A stretch of DNA of 64,000 nt from an uncultured Planctomycetaceae bacterium (GCA_963833985.1 CAWIAD010000002.1:3744001-3808000), one strand, 5' to 3'; positions 10,426 through 24,340 are shown, numbered from the stretch's first letter. Numbers and translations are program-made. The notes: a model not told the origin generated them from the letters alone.

Positions 10426-11702
10426 TCACGAACTCAGGCGGCGCTGCGCCTCGAGAGCGGAGAGATCAACGTGCGGCCGGGGGGGAACTGGATCGCGTGA
10501 GGTTGTGGTTGTGACCTCGTTCAGCAGACCCAGAATGCGGCCACGAAAGAGTGGCAGTGAAAAGCCTTCCGCGCGGTGGCGGGCATGGGCCGGATTGTGC
10601 GGGCAGCCGTCCGATTCCCACGCGCTGATCGCCGCTTCGAGAGCTGCGGCAGTGGGCTCGCCGTAGAGTCGGCCGCTCTGGCCGTCGACGGTCTCGACGG
10701 CTCCGCCCCGCGCCAGGGCCAGCACCGGGGCACCGCACGCCAGAGCCTCGACAGGCACGATGCCGAAATCTTCCTCACCCGGGAACAGCAAGGCCCGGCA
10801 ACGGCGGTAGTGGTCGCGAATCACCTCGTCGGACTGCCAGCCCAGGAACTGCACGGTTGGCCCGGCCAGGCGCTCGAGCCTTTCTCGTTCCGGTCCCGCG
10901 CCGATGACAACCAGTCTCCGCCCCAGGCGCGAACAGGCGGCCACGGCCTGGTCGACCCGTTTGTACGGGACCAGTGCCGAGACCACGAGGTAGTACTGGT
11001 CTCGGGTCTGAAAGTCCGCAGCCGGCGCGTAGAATCCGGTATCCACGGGCGGCGGAATCACCTGGCTCTCACGGTTGTAGCAGGTCGCAATCCGCTCGCG
11101 GATGGTCTGCGAGATCGCAACGAAATGAGTCACGCGGCGGGCGGTGTCGCGGTCCCACTCCCTGAGGCGGTCAAGCAATGCGCCGGCCAGCAGTCGCCGG
11201 ATTGGCCGGTTCGCCCAACCTTGCAGGTACGAATCGCGCCCCTGCCAGGCATAGCGCATCGGCGTGAAGCAATAACAGACATGGGGAACGCCCGGGGGTA
11301 CGCGGACGGCCTTGGCCACGCAATGGCTCAGGCTGACGACCAGGTCCACGTCTCTCGGCCGCCACGCACGTGCCGCCAGCGGCATGAGGGGCAGCATGTG
11401 CCGGTAATGGCGGAAAACTCCGGGCACGCGCTGGAGGGGCGAGGTCCGGATGGCCATCGACTCGATCGCCGGGGAGGTTGCGCCCTCGCGGTGGAGCAGT
11501 GTGTACAGGGTTGCGTTCGGGAAAGCCCGGCAGAGAACTTCCAGGCATTTCTCTCCCCGCGCATCCCCGTCAGCCAGTCGTGCACCAGGGCCACGCGGAG
11601 ATCCGATCGCTCGACCGCGGAGCCGCCTGCGTGCCGCTGCCCCTGAATTGTTGAAGCTGGATCTGCGACCAGCGCTCCCTGACGACGGATGCGGGCTTCC
11701 AT
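10426..11702 (-). CDS. GT4-family glycosyltransferase (frameshift near 11555)
   Basis: RVALVHDWLTGMRG(G)EKCLEVL, YCFTPMRYAW, SALVPYKRVD, EEDFGIVPVEALACG. Confidence 0.9.
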
Positions 11703-11780
11703 GCCGGCCTCCCCAGGAAAAGTTTGATGTGCGCGTGTCGTAGCAGCACGACGAGACGAGGTCAGCGCATCGGGATGATT

Positions 11781-11926
11781 TAGAGCGGTTTTCACTCGGA
11801 TCGCAGACTGAGACCGGGGGCAGGCATTCCTGCCTGCCGGAGCAGGCCTGTCCTGGCAGACAGGAATGTCTGCTCCCCCTTCAAAGATCTCAGAGACTGC
11901 TTGCAACCCGTCAGAAAACCGCCCTG
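11781..11926. repeat. Nested inverted-repeat element (REP-like doublet inside MITE-like ends)
   Basis: Inner GGGGCAGGCATTCCTGCCTGCC...GGCAGACAGGAATGTCTGCTCCCC (11817-11878); outer TAGAGCGGTTTTC...GAAAACCGCCCTG. Confidence 0.6.
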
Positions 11927-12209
11927 GGGGCGGTGAGCCGAGTTCCCCTTCGTGCCGCAGATCTCCCTGCCGCACCGCTTCAGTGATGCGGATTAGTACC
12001 GCAGTTCGCAGAAGTAGGCAAGTCGGCTGTCAGACACTGGTTCTCTCTCGTTGCCAGCTTGCGTGGCTTGCTGCATCCCGACTGAACGCAGGCGGCCGAT
12101 CCGCATTCTGTTCGATGGTGAATGCTCCAGTAACCAGGTAAGATTCGTGTGGAATCGCCTACATGCCACGGAGGCTCACTACGCCGATAAGGCACCCCCC
12201 GAGGAAACC

Positions 12210-13682
12210 ATGTCCGCAACCGCCGCCATTTCCGACGTCACTCCGCTGGCTGCTCGCCTGCTTGCTGAGCTGACGGCGATCGTGGGAGCCGAGAACGTCT
12301 TGCACCATGGCGATGAGCTCCTGGTGTACGAGTGCGACGGCTACGTGGTGAACAAGAGCATTCCGGACGTCGTAGTCTTTCCGACCTGCACCGAGCACGT
12401 GGTGGATCTCGTGAAACTCTGCAACCGTCACGATGTACCGTTCGTGGCGCGGGGGGCGGGAACAAGCCTGGCGGGCGGAACCCTGGCGGTGGGCGGCGGG
12501 GTGATGATCTGTCTGACCCGGATGAAGCGGATCCTGGAGATCAACACGCGCGATCGCTACGCCATCGTCGAACCGGGCGTGGTGAATGTCTGGCTCACGC
12601 GTGCACTCGCGGGAACGGGCTTTCACTTCGCCCCGGACCCTTCCAGCCAGACGGCCTGCACCATCGGCGGCAACACGGCGACGAACTCCGGCGGGCCGCA
12701 CACGCTCAAGTACGGCGTGACGGTGAACCACGTCAAGGGCGTGGAGCTCGTCCTGCCGGACGCGTCGGTCGTCACGATCGGGGGTGTGACGGAGGACGCG
12801 CCGGGGCTGGATTTGGCCGGTCTCGTGGTCGGCAGCGAGGGAACCTTCGGCATCGTCACCAAGGTGATCGTCAACCTCACGCGCGACCCCGAGGCCGGGC
12901 GGACCCTCCTTGGGGTCTTCGACACGGTCGAGGCCGCGACCGAGACGGTCAGCGGCATCATCGCCGCAGGGATTATCCCCGCCGCGCTCGAGATGCTTGA
13001 TAACCTCATGATCCAGGCCGTCGAGCAGGCGTTCGGTTTCGGCTTCCCGACCGATGCCGGGGCGATCCTCATCATCGAGGTCGACGGCATCGACGCCGGC
13101 CTTGACCTGGAGGCACGGGAGATCACGGCCATCGTCCAGTCGCGTGCGGGACGGGTCCAGAAATCGATCACCTGGCGCACCCGCAAGGAACCGGAATATG
13201 TGGCAATCTGGAAGAGCCGGAAGTCGGCCTTCGGGGCGATTGGCCGCCTCAGTCCCACGTTTTGCACCCAGGACGGCGTCGTACCGCGGACGCTGCTGCC
13301 GCAGATCCTCCGGTTCATCGAGGGAGTCTCGCGGCGCTATGATCTGCGCATCGCCAATGTCTTCCATGCCGGCGACGGCAACATTCATCCCATACTGCTC
13401 TTCGACGAACGCGACGCCGAGCAGGTGAAGCGTGTGCTGCACGCCAGCCATGAGATCCTCGAAGAGTGCATCAGGCTCGGAGGCAGCGTGACCGGTGAGC
13501 ACGGCATCGGCGTGGAGAAGATGGCGCTCATGCCGCGACTCTTCGCCCCCGAGGACCTGGCCGCGATGGTGGCCGTCCGCAAGGCGCTGAACCCCGAGTC
13601 CCGGTGCAGCCCGTCCAAGCTGCTCCCCAGCGGTGGACATTGCCTGGAGCGGACGAAGCCTGGACGGCGGGCCTCGGCCTGA
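12210..13682 (+). CDS. glcD: Glycolate oxidase FAD subunit
   Basis: RGAGTSLAGG, FAPDPSSQ..CTIGGN..NSGGPHTLKYGVT, HAGDGNIHP, GEHGIGVEK. Confidence 0.9.
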   Translation: MSATAAISDVTPLAARLLAELTAIVGAENVLHHGDELLVYECDGYVVNKSIPDVVVFPTCTEHVVDLVKLCNRHDVPFVARGAGTSLAGGTLAVGGGVMICLTRMKRILEINTRDRYAIVEPGVVNVWLTRALAGTGFHFAPDPSSQTACTIGGNTATNSGGPHTLKYGVTVNHVKGVELVLPDASVVTIGGVTEDAPGLDLAGLVVGSEGTFGIVTKVIVNLTRDPEAGRTLLGVFDTVEAATETVSGIIAAGIIPAALEMLDNLMIQAVEQAFGFGFPTDAGAILIIEVDGIDAGLDLEAREITAIVQSRAGRVQKSITWRTRKEPEYVAIWKSRKSAFGAIGRLSPTFCTQDGVVPRTLLPQILRFIEGVSRRYDLRIANVFHAGDGNIHPILLFDERDAEQVKRVLHASHEILEECIRLGGSVTGEHGIGVEKMALMPRLFAPEDLAAMVAVRKALNPESRCSPSKLLPSGGHCLERTKPGRRASA

Positions 13683-13932
13683 CTGGCTGGCGTTGCGGGG
13701 GGCAAGGCGGAGCGAGGGCAGGGCGGAGCGAGAGGAAGGGCGGCGCGCCGCATGCGGGGACGGCCCGGACCGGGGCTGCTTGCCGGCCCGGCTGCCGCCC
13801 TGTTCGTGGTGCATTCACGAGCAAGGCAAGGCCCGGTATGATGTCACGGTGAGTGGGAAGGTCGGTTGCTGGCAGTTCTGGAACGCGTGCTCTGAAGTGG
13901 TGGCGGCCGGAGACCCGGGGGGATGCGGCGCA

Positions 13933-14909
13933 GTGGGCAAGAGAAATCCTTACTCGCGCTGGCGCAGGCTTCCACCAGTCTTTCGCTCGGGGGAGCACAA
14001 GATTCCGGGGCCTGGCGAAGAGCCCCAACGGATCATCGTCTACTTGCCCGGTGCGGTCCTCGATCTGGCCCAGGAACTGGCCGGGCGGGCCGGCGTGGCG
14101 ACCGTTCAGGACTACTGCGCGGGTCTGCTGCGCCAGGCCATCGACAATGAGCGCGTCAAGGCGCACATGGCCGACGTCGAGGCCAAGCGCGGGCCGCTGG
14201 AAGGGTTTCACGCCATTGCCAGCGATCCGGGCTACCTGGCCGAGTGGCGGCGCGTTCCGGCAAGCACGAGGGCGACCAGGACGGCCCCAAGATTTTGAAC
14301 AGTGTTCCTGAGCATGCCGGAGCGCTGGCAGATCCGTCATCCGTGGAAGACGTCTCGGAGCCCTCCGCTCCCGAAGAGACTCGGGAGGAGGACCACGAGA
14401 AGGAGACCCGGAACGACCCATCACCAGCGGCCGAGACGGGCGGCCGATCCGAGCCCCTGCTGGTGCGCATCGCCGGGGCACCAAGGGTCATCGAGCGGGT
14501 TGTCGCGGAAAGGATCGTACCCCAAGTGCTTGATGGAACTGCTCTGGAGACTGTGCTGTCCCACGTGGGATCGGCCAGTCATCATCCGCATGGTTTTCTG
14601 CCCAGCCTGCGCAGGGGGCAGCCCGCGAGCCCCGCGGCGGTCTCCGAGCTGCTGGCTGCATTGCACAGCCTGGAGCGCGATCACCAGGGAGCCAGCCTGC
14701 TGGACCGCAGACTGTCCTATGCACTCTACCGGCTGGCCCTGGAATCTCAGGTTCTGCTCACCGAGGTGTGGCCGGGAGTGTTCGACGAGAACGCCACAAG
14801 CGCCATCCGGGCCGTGCAGGACATGGTCGAGCGGATCCTCTCCGGCACGGAGGAGACGCGGTATGACCCGCCTCCCCGGGAAGTTCCGGCTCTGGAGTCG
14901 ACGTCGTGA
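13933..14909 (+). CDS. Hypothetical protein (frameshift near 14247), possible ribbon-helix-helix N-terminus
   Basis: RIIVYLPGAVLDLAQELAGRAGVATVQDYCAGLLRQAI joins ORF 14244-14909; its stop overlaps the glcE start. Confidence 0.6.
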
Positions 14910-16177
14910 ACGATCACGGGCAGCCATCCTGGCCCGAGCCGCCGGCCGCGGGTCCGCTGGGCAACGGCCGCTACGCCCTGGCGCACCTTCGGCCGGACAG
15001 CGTTTCCGAGCTCTGCCAGGCAATCAGCGCGCACGTCCGCGAGGGACACGCCATCTACCCTCAGGGCGGGGCGACAGCACTCGACTACGGCGGCATTCCG
15101 GGCCGTCCCGGCGTGGCCGTCGATACGCGGTCGCTCGGCCAGGTGATCGATTATCCGCACGCCGATATGACCATCACCGTCCAGGCTGGCATCACGGCGG
15201 CCGCGCTCCATGCGGTCCTGGCCGACAAGAAACAGCGGCTGCTGATTGATATTCCCCAGCCCGAGCGCGCGACGCTGGGCGGCGTCTTCGCCACCAGTGC
15301 CTGCGGACCGCGCCGGTATGGCTCGGGCCGGCCGCGTGACCAGATCATCGGCGTGAGCTTCGTTACCTCGGAGGGCGTCGAGGTGAAGGGTGGCGGGCGC
15401 GTGGTCAAGAACGTGGCGGGCTACGATTTCCCCAAGCTGCTCACGGGCTCGCTGGGGACCCTCGGAGTCATCACCCAGATGACGCTCAAGGTTCGGCCCA
15501 GACCAGAAGCCTCGGCCGTCGCCTGGGTCCCGTTCGCCGCTCCGGCGCCTCTGGCCGAAGCGCTCGACGCGCTGAACGTGTCGGGCGCTCGGCCCGTGGC
15601 TCTCGACCTGCTCGACGCGTACGCGGCGGGCCAGATCGGCGGACCCATGGGCCTGCCAGCGGAGCGCTGGGTGCTGGCGATCGGCCTCGAGGACAACGCC
15701 ACATCGGTGCGGTGGCAGATCGATCGGCTCAGGAGCGAGCTCGGCCGGCCGGACCTGAACGTTCCTCAGGACGTGGAGGCGGCCGCTTTGTGGGACAATC
15801 TGACCGACTTCACGGTGGCCGAGCCCGGTCCGCTCTCGTGCGTCCTGACGACTCGGCCGTCTGCTGTTGTCGCCTTCATCGAGATTCTGGATCCGCTGCG
15901 CTGGACTGTCCAGGCGCACGCGGGGAATGGCGTCGTGCGGCTTCATGCCCTGGGTGCCTGGGAAATGCAGCAGGCGGCAGCCGAGATCGACCGCTTCCGG
16001 AGCATGGTCAGCACGCAGGGTGGCAGCGTGGTCGTGACCCGCTGCCCGGCGGACTGGAATGAACGCCTGGCCGTCTGGGGGCCATCGCGGCCTGACTGGG
16101 AAGTGGCCCGGCGCGTCCAGCAGGCACTCGATCCCGCGGGTGCCATGAACCCGGGACGATTCGTGGGAGCTTGCTGA
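14906..16177 (+). CDS. glcE: Glycolate oxidase subunit GlcE
   Basis: ATLGGVFAT...GPRRYGSGRPRD, GGRVVKNVAGYDFPKLLTGSLGTLG, ALDPAGAMNPGR. Confidence 0.88.
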   Translation: MNDHGQPSWPEPPAAGPLGNGRYALAHLRPDSVSELCQAISAHVREGHAIYPQGGATALDYGGIPGRPGVAVDTRSLGQVIDYPHADMTITVQAGITAAALHAVLADKKQRLLIDIPQPERATLGGVFATSACGPRRYGSGRPRDQIIGVSFVTSEGVEVKGGGRVVKNVAGYDFPKLLTGSLGTLGVITQMTLKVRPRPEASAVAWVPFAAPAPLAEALDALNVSGARPVALDLLDAYAAGQIGGPMGLPAERWVLAIGLEDNATSVRWQIDRLRSELGRPDLNVPQDVEAAALWDNLTDFTVAEPGPLSCVLTTRPSAVVAFIEILDPLRWTVQAHAGNGVVRLHALGAWEMQQAAAEIDRFRSMVSTQGGSVVVTRCPADWNERLAVWGPSRPDWEVARRVQQALDPAGAMNPGRFVGAC

Positions 16178-17535
16178 TGCAACTGGAATTGAACCCGGCT
16201 CCCGGCACAACGACAACGACGACGAGCCTGCCGCCCGGAGCGGAGGCGGGTGTTGACGTAGGGTGGTTGATGCAGCGGATCGACTACCGCAACTTCCAGG
16301 AATGCGTGCACTGCGGCCTCTGCACGGCCAGTTGCCCCACGTACCTGGAAACGGCCAACGAGAACGACAGCCCGCGCGGGCGTATCTACTTGATGCGCGC
16401 AGTGGCCGATGGCCGGCTGGGTGTGGGACCGCACGTCCGCCGGCATCTGGAGCTATGCCTGGACTGCCGGGCCTGCGAGTCCGCCTGCCCGTCGGGTGTG
16501 CGCTACGGCAGCCTGATCGAGCCATTCAAGATTGCCATGCAGAAGGACGCTCCGGCCGCGGCCAGGTCGAGCCTGCTGGAGCGCATGATCCTCCATCACC
16601 TGTTCCCTTACGCGGGACGCGTCAAGACAGCGCTCCTGCCGGCGCGGCTGCTCCAGAAAATGGGGTTTCTGGACTTCGCCGAGCGCTCGGGATTGACCCG
16701 GCTGCTGCCCCCGACCCTGCGGCGGATGGCGGCCATGCTCCCACGCTTCGGACGCGCCGCGGGCAGGCTCCCCGACAGACTGCCGCCGGTCGGACCAAGG
16801 CGGGCACGAGTCGCCCTCTTCCTCGGCTGCGTGGCCGACGCCATGTATCCCGAGACGAACGCCGCCACGGCCCGCGTGCTCCAGCAAAACGGCTGCGAGG
16901 TGGTCATCCCGCGCTCGCAGGTCTGCTGCGGTGCCATCCACTATCATTCCGGAGCCGAGGCTCCCGGGCTGGAACTGGCGCGGCGGAACCTCGCGGCCTT
17001 TGATCCCGACCAGTTCGACGCGATCATCGTCAATGCGGCCGGCTGCGGTGCGATGCTCAAGGACTATGGCCATCTCCTTCCCACCAGTGAGCGCGATCAG
17101 GCCGCCCGCTTCGTCGCCAAGGTGAAAGACATCTCCGAGTTTCTCGTCGCGCTCGGGCCGGTGCCGCCCACACATTCGCTGCCCCGGAAAGTGGCCTATC
17201 ACGACGCCTGCCATCTGTGCCACGCCCAGCAGATCCGCAGCCAGCCGCGGCAGCTTCTGGAAATGATTCCCGGTCTCGAGCTGGTTCCCCTGGACGAGAG
17301 CGAGCTTTGCTGCGGCGCTGCGGGCACCTACAACCTCACCCAGCCAGAGATGTCGGAGCGGCTGGGCCAGAGGAAGATGGACAGGATTGAAGCCACCGGC
17401 GCCTCGGTCGTCGCCGCCGGCAACGTCGGCTGCATCCTCCAGATCGCCCGCAAGATCAAGGAGCGCAAGAGCCCCATCGAGGTGGTTCATCCGGTCGACC
17501 TTCTCGATCGGGCTTACCGGGGAAAGCAGGCCTGA
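16177..17535 (+). CDS. glcF: Glycolate oxidase Fe-S subunit
   Basis: CVHCGLCTASCP, SPRGRI, CLDCRACESACP, two CCG domains. Confidence 0.9.
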   Translation: MQLELNPAPGTTTTTTSLPPGAEAGVDVGWLMQRIDYRNFQECVHCGLCTASCPTYLETANENDSPRGRIYLMRAVADGRLGVGPHVRRHLELCLDCRACESACPSGVRYGSLIEPFKIAMQKDAPAAARSSLLERMILHHLFPYAGRVKTALLPARLLQKMGFLDFAERSGLTRLLPPTLRRMAAMLPRFGRAAGRLPDRLPPVGPRRARVALFLGCVADAMYPETNAATARVLQQNGCEVVIPRSQVCCGAIHYHSGAEAPGLELARRNLAAFDPDQFDAIIVNAAGCGAMLKDYGHLLPTSERDQAARFVAKVKDISEFLVALGPVPPTHSLPRKVAYHDACHLCHAQQIRSQPRQLLEMIPGLELVPLDESELCCGAAGTYNLTQPEMSERLGQRKMDRIEATGASVVAAGNVGCILQIARKIKERKSPIEVVHPVDLLDRAYRGKQA

Positions 17536-18261
17536 ATGAGCACGTCTACCGGTCACGAGGAGGTCGCAACCCGCATGAGCACCATGGCCGTGACCCCAAA
17601 GCGCCAGGCGGCCGCGCAGCCGCAGGCAGAGACCCGCATCCGGGTGCCGAACGCGTCCTGGAGCCTGTACGAACACTTCGTCAACAATCTCCCTGAACGC
17701 TCGCCGATCCGAACCGCGTTCGACGGAAGGGATATGGAGATCATGGTCAAGGGACCGGTGCACGACCACTTCGCCGATTTGCTGGCCGATCTGGTCAAGA
17801 ACACTGCGGCCGCCCTGGACGTCCGGATCAAAGGTCTCGGGGAGACGACCTGGATTCGACCAAAGATCGAGCGCGGCATCGAGGCCGACCGATCTTACTA
17901 CCTTGAACCGGGGAAGATCTCGTCCGCTGTGGCGGCCATCAGCCGGCGTGTGAACGACGTGGCCGCTTACCCTGACCCCGATCTGGTGATCGAGGTCGAT
18001 ATTTCTGTTCCCAAGACGGACCGCGCGAGCATTTATGCGGCTCTAGGCGTCACGGAACTCTGGGTCTTCGACGGCGAGATCTTGACGATCCAGCGCCTGA
18101 ACGAGCACGGTTGCTACCAGCTGGTGGAGCGGAGCGGCTTTTTGCGTGTTCGGGCCGACCAGGTTCCGCGCTGGTTAACCGCCGAAGACGCTTCCGATTA
18201 CGACGCCTGGACGCGCCGGGTTCGAGAATGGGCGGAAAAAGAACTGCGCGGGCCGTCATAG
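17536..18261 (+). CDS. Uma2/DUF820 PD-(D/E)XK endonuclease-like protein
   Basis: GIEADRSYY, PDPDLVIEVDIS, IYAALGVTELWVFDG. Confidence 0.88.
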   Translation: MSTSTGHEEVATRMSTMAVTPKRQAAAQPQAETRIRVPNASWSLYEHFVNNLPERSPIRTAFDGRDMEIMVKGPVHDHFADLLADLVKNTAAALDVRIKGLGETTWIRPKIERGIEADRSYYLEPGKISSAVAAISRRVNDVAAYPDPDLVIEVDISVPKTDRASIYAALGVTELWVFDGEILTIQRLNEHGCYQLVERSGFLRVRADQVPRWLTAEDASDYDAWTRRVREWAEKELRGPS

Positions 18262-18364
18262 ACCATGAGCATCAGGGGTTCTGCGCCTTGACTTGCCCGA
18301 CTTCGTCCTGCCCACCGAGCATTCTGGAAAAACCTGTATAGTCGGAGCCCCGTCCGGGCCTTCC

Positions 18365-18653
18365 ATGGCCACGGCGTCGCTCTGGATCGTGCTCGGGCTT
18401 GCCGCGGTCGGGCTCGCCGCAACGGCTCGATCGAGGCCCATAGGCGCCCGGGTGCAGGGACGGGTTGTCGACCATATTCCCACGGAACCGGCCCCACCAC
18501 CCTCGGTCAAGACCGACGACCAGGGACGATTCTCCCTGCGGCGACCGGCGTCCGAGGCCGAAGGGATCGCCATCGTTTGCGAGCAAGGCTGCATTGCCCG
18601 TCACTTCATGAGGGAAGAGGAGGAGGAGGGAGCCGCGCCCTACCGTGTTTCGC
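18365..18653 (+). pseudogene. 5' fragment of a secreted protein with a carboxypeptidase-regulatory-like domain
   Basis: Hydrophobic leader then VQGRVVD...VKTDDQGRFSL; degenerates toward the convergent Uma2 gene. Confidence 0.4.
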
Positions 18654-19301
18654 TCAGCGAAGTGATTCTGCCCAGGCACGCAGGCGATCCTCCCAGGCAT
18701 CTGGATTGCTGTTGTCCTCGACGACGAGCCAGCGCGTGGCGTCCCGCGACGTGACCGGGAGCCAGCGACTGCGGCCGGTGTCGCGGTACACGCCATCACC
18801 GAGCTGCCAGATCGTCACCGTCTGGCCGTCGAACGTCCACAGCTCCGGCACCTGGAGCACCGCGTAGATGGCCGGCCGGTCCACCTGGGGTCGCGAGATG
18901 TCGACCTCGACGGCCAGGTCGGGGTTGGGATACTCGGCGACATCGTTCTCCTTGCGGCCCAGCAGCTCTCGCACGACCGCCAGCTTCGCCGGGTCGAACA
19001 TGTAGCTCTGATCGGCTTCGAGCCCACGCTCGATCTCCGGGCGGATCCATGTCGTCTTGCCGAGTGCCCGGCGGCTGATGCCCAGCACGCGGGCCACCGC
19101 CGTGATGAACCGGTCCAGGAGCCAGCCATAGTCGTCGTGCACCGGCCCGGTGACCATGATCTCCAGGTCCTTCCCATCGTAAGCCATCCGCACCGTCGAC
19201 TGCCGGCAGAGGTCCACATACGTCTCCCACGCCACGTTCGCGAACCCGAGCCGCAGCTCGCCGGCCGGCGGTCTGTCCGTTGCTCTTGTCGCCGTGCTCA
19301 T
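18654..19301 (-). CDS. Uma2/DUF820 protein
   Basis: MSTATRATDRPP..., GLEADQSY, PNPDLAVEVDIS, IYAVLQVPELWTFDG; clear paralog of 17536-18261. Confidence 0.88.
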   Translation of the reverse strand: MSTATRATDRPPAGELRLGFANVAWETYVDLCRQSTVRMAYDGKDLEIMVTGPVHDDYGWLLDRFITAVARVLGISRRALGKTTWIRPEIERGLEADQSYMFDPAKLAVVRELLGRKENDVAEYPNPDLAVEVDISRPQVDRPAIYAVLQVPELWTFDGQTVTIWQLGDGVYRDTGRSRWLPVTSRDATRWLVVEDNSNPDAWEDRLRAWAESLR

Positions 19302-19525
19302 GAGTCGCCACCTTTCCGGCCCGGCAGGAGGTCGGCCACGCCCGGTTCGCCTGGGTGCGTGAGCGGCGCGCCCTTCCAGACGATGAGTCCCTGGTACAGC
19401 CACACGGGTTCGTCACCGGAGATCATGCCATGCTCGACCATCGCCTCGTACGGTTCGCACGAGAGCCGATAGACCAAGCCCGGCGGAGGCAGAGCGTCGA
19501 TGTAACGGTGGGGGTGGGGGGTCAT
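19298..19525 (-). pseudogene. Internally deleted Uma2 gene
   Basis: N-terminal YRLSCEPYEAMVEHGMISGDEPVWLYQGLIVWK joined almost directly to C-terminal VADLLPGRKGG. Confidence 0.7.
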
Positions 19526-19806
19526 CAATTTCATCTCCCGAAAAGGAAACGTGCAAGCCTTGAGGCTCCCCACATCAGCGATGCTGTATCTTACCGCCCG
19601 CCCTGGTCCCTGGACAGCGTGGTCGACCGGCAATCGCCGGCCCCCTTCTCACCACGACAGGCGAGGTCGCCTGGGTCGCAGGGAGGTTGCCAGCCAGGAC
19701 CGTGGCGCTGGAACAGGGCGACTCAGGTTGAGGTTGGCACAGGTAGACACAGGCAGTCGAGCCGGATGGCGATGCGAGGGGGACGTGGTGAGGCATGCCG
19801 GCATAG

Positions 19807-20055
19807 ATTAGAGGGGCACATGATCGCGACGCGTTACTCCGGTACGTCCGGCAGAACGGGCTCAGCTCCGTCAGGCAGATCTGGAGTCCCCGTGCTCAAT
19901 CAGAAAAGGCGGCGTCCGCCTGTGGGGCTTATTCGATTTCGAGTGTGCCGACCGCCTTCGTGCTCGGACAGGACGGGCGGATCCTCTGGCGCGGGCATCC
20001 CGCATCAATCGAGCTGGAACGCAAGCTCCAGGAAATGCTCGCACAGCCCCGATGA
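19807..20055 (+). pseudogene. 3' fragment of a TlpA/thioredoxin-like domain
   Basis: Startless frame: DRDALLRYVRQNGL...AYSISSVPTAFVLGQDGRILWRGHP..LERKLQEML*. Confidence 0.6.
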
Positions 20056-20125
20056 GCAAGAAAAGCCTTCTCAACGACATCGCCGGACGGTGGGATTCCC
20101 ATCCGCCCGGCAATGGCTCGTTCGT

Positions 20126-21429
<1,304 letters not shown>

Positions 21430-21551
21430 GACCAGGTCCTCCCCTTCCAGGAACCAGCTCGCGACTCGTCGCCCCTCGTCGAGGCGGGCGCGCGGACATG
21501 GCGCGCCGGTACTACTGCCGCGATCTATGGAAGGCCCGCAGCGCCGGGCCC

Positions 21552-23156
<1,605 letters not shown>

Positions 23157-23180
23157 GGCTGCGGCCTCCCCTCGTTGTTT

Positions 23181-23250
23181 CAATAACCTTTTTCATTATT
23201 GGTTCGCCAAAAAGTATTTGACAGCACAATTCTTCCAATAGACAGTATTG
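23181..23250. promoter_or_regulatory. AT-rich divergent control region with two dyads
   Basis: CAATAA-N9-TTATTG (23181-23201) and CAATA-N5-TATTG (23236-23250); TTGACA at 23218. Confidence 0.5.
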
Positions 23251-23338
23251 AGTTCATGGAGCGGTTGCACGTGCCTGACGAAGTTCACGGTCAGTCGTGC
23301 AACCTTCGGCGCCGCGGCCTGGCGCGGGAGGTCTGCGC

Positions 23339-24340
23339 ATGTCTATCCAGTTGCCTTCGCACGAGAGCCACGGGAACCGGCTGCGCCGGCTGCGGAGCTT
23401 CTGCTTCGCCGCGCAGACCGGCAGCATCTCTCGCGCGGCCGAGCTCGCGCTCCTGAGCCAGCCTTCCGTATCGCTCCAGATCCAGTCGCTCGAGCTGGAA
23501 TTCAAGGCCCAGCTCTTCCAGCGCCGGGGACCGAAGATCATCCTCACTCCGGAAGGCCAGGCCCTGTACAAGCTGGCCTGGCCGCTTGTCGAGGCCGTCG
23601 ACTCGTTGCCGGTGACCTTTCACGCCAGCCAGAACGGCATTGAATCCGGCCGGCTGAACATCGCGGCGGGCGAGTCGACCATCCTCTACATCCTGCCCGA
23701 GGTCATCCGTCAGTATGCCCATGATCACCCCGGCATCGAGCTGCGGCTTCAGAACGTCACCGGCCGCGATGGCCTGAAGATGCTTCGCAATGACGCTGTC
23801 GACTTCGCGGTCGGATCGATGATCGAGGTCCCCGACGACATCGATTACACACCGACCTTCCGCTACGACCCGGTGCTGATCACGGCCCGCGACCATCCCC
23901 TGGCCGTGAAGTCCCGGGTCACCATCAAGGACGTCGCGGAGCATCCGCTCATCCTGCCGCCCCAGCATCTGACCACCTGGCGCGTGGTCGATTTCGTGTT
24001 CCAGAAATATGGGCTGAACTATCGCGTGGCCCTGGAAGCGGGCGGCTGGGAGGTGATCAAGCGCTACGTCGAGCTGGGGCTCGGAATTTCGATCGTCACC
24101 AGCATCTGCCTGACCGGCAAGGAGGACGTGGCGGTCATTCCCTTCAACCGCTACTTCCCGCAGCGCACCTATGGCCTGGTGCAGCGCAAGGGCAAGCTTC
24201 CCTCGCCCCCGGCCGCGCGGTTCATGGCCATGCTGAGCGAGCGCGCCGGTAAGAGTCGCGCGCCGCGGCCCCGCAAATCGCGCGGGTCCGCCCGCAGCGC
24301 CTCCCCATCACGGGGCGAGTCCCTGGGCGACCTGTCGTGA
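23339..24340 (+). CDS. LysR-family regulator divergent from aceB-aceA
   Basis: GSISRAAELALLSQPSVSLQIQSLE..LFQRRG HTH; LEAGGWEVIKRYVELGLGISIV. Confidence 0.93.
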   Translation: MSIQLPSHESHGNRLRRLRSFCFAAQTGSISRAAELALLSQPSVSLQIQSLELEFKAQLFQRRGPKIILTPEGQALYKLAWPLVEAVDSLPVTFHASQNGIESGRLNIAAGESTILYILPEVIRQYAHDHPGIELRLQNVTGRDGLKMLRNDAVDFAVGSMIEVPDDIDYTPTFRYDPVLITARDHPLAVKSRVTIKDVAEHPLILPPQHLTTWRVVDFVFQKYGLNYRVALEAGGWEVIKRYVELGLGISIVTSICLTGKEDVAVIPFNRYFPQRTYGLVQRKGKLPSPPAARFMAMLSERAGKSRAPRPRKSRGSARSASPSRGESLGDLS

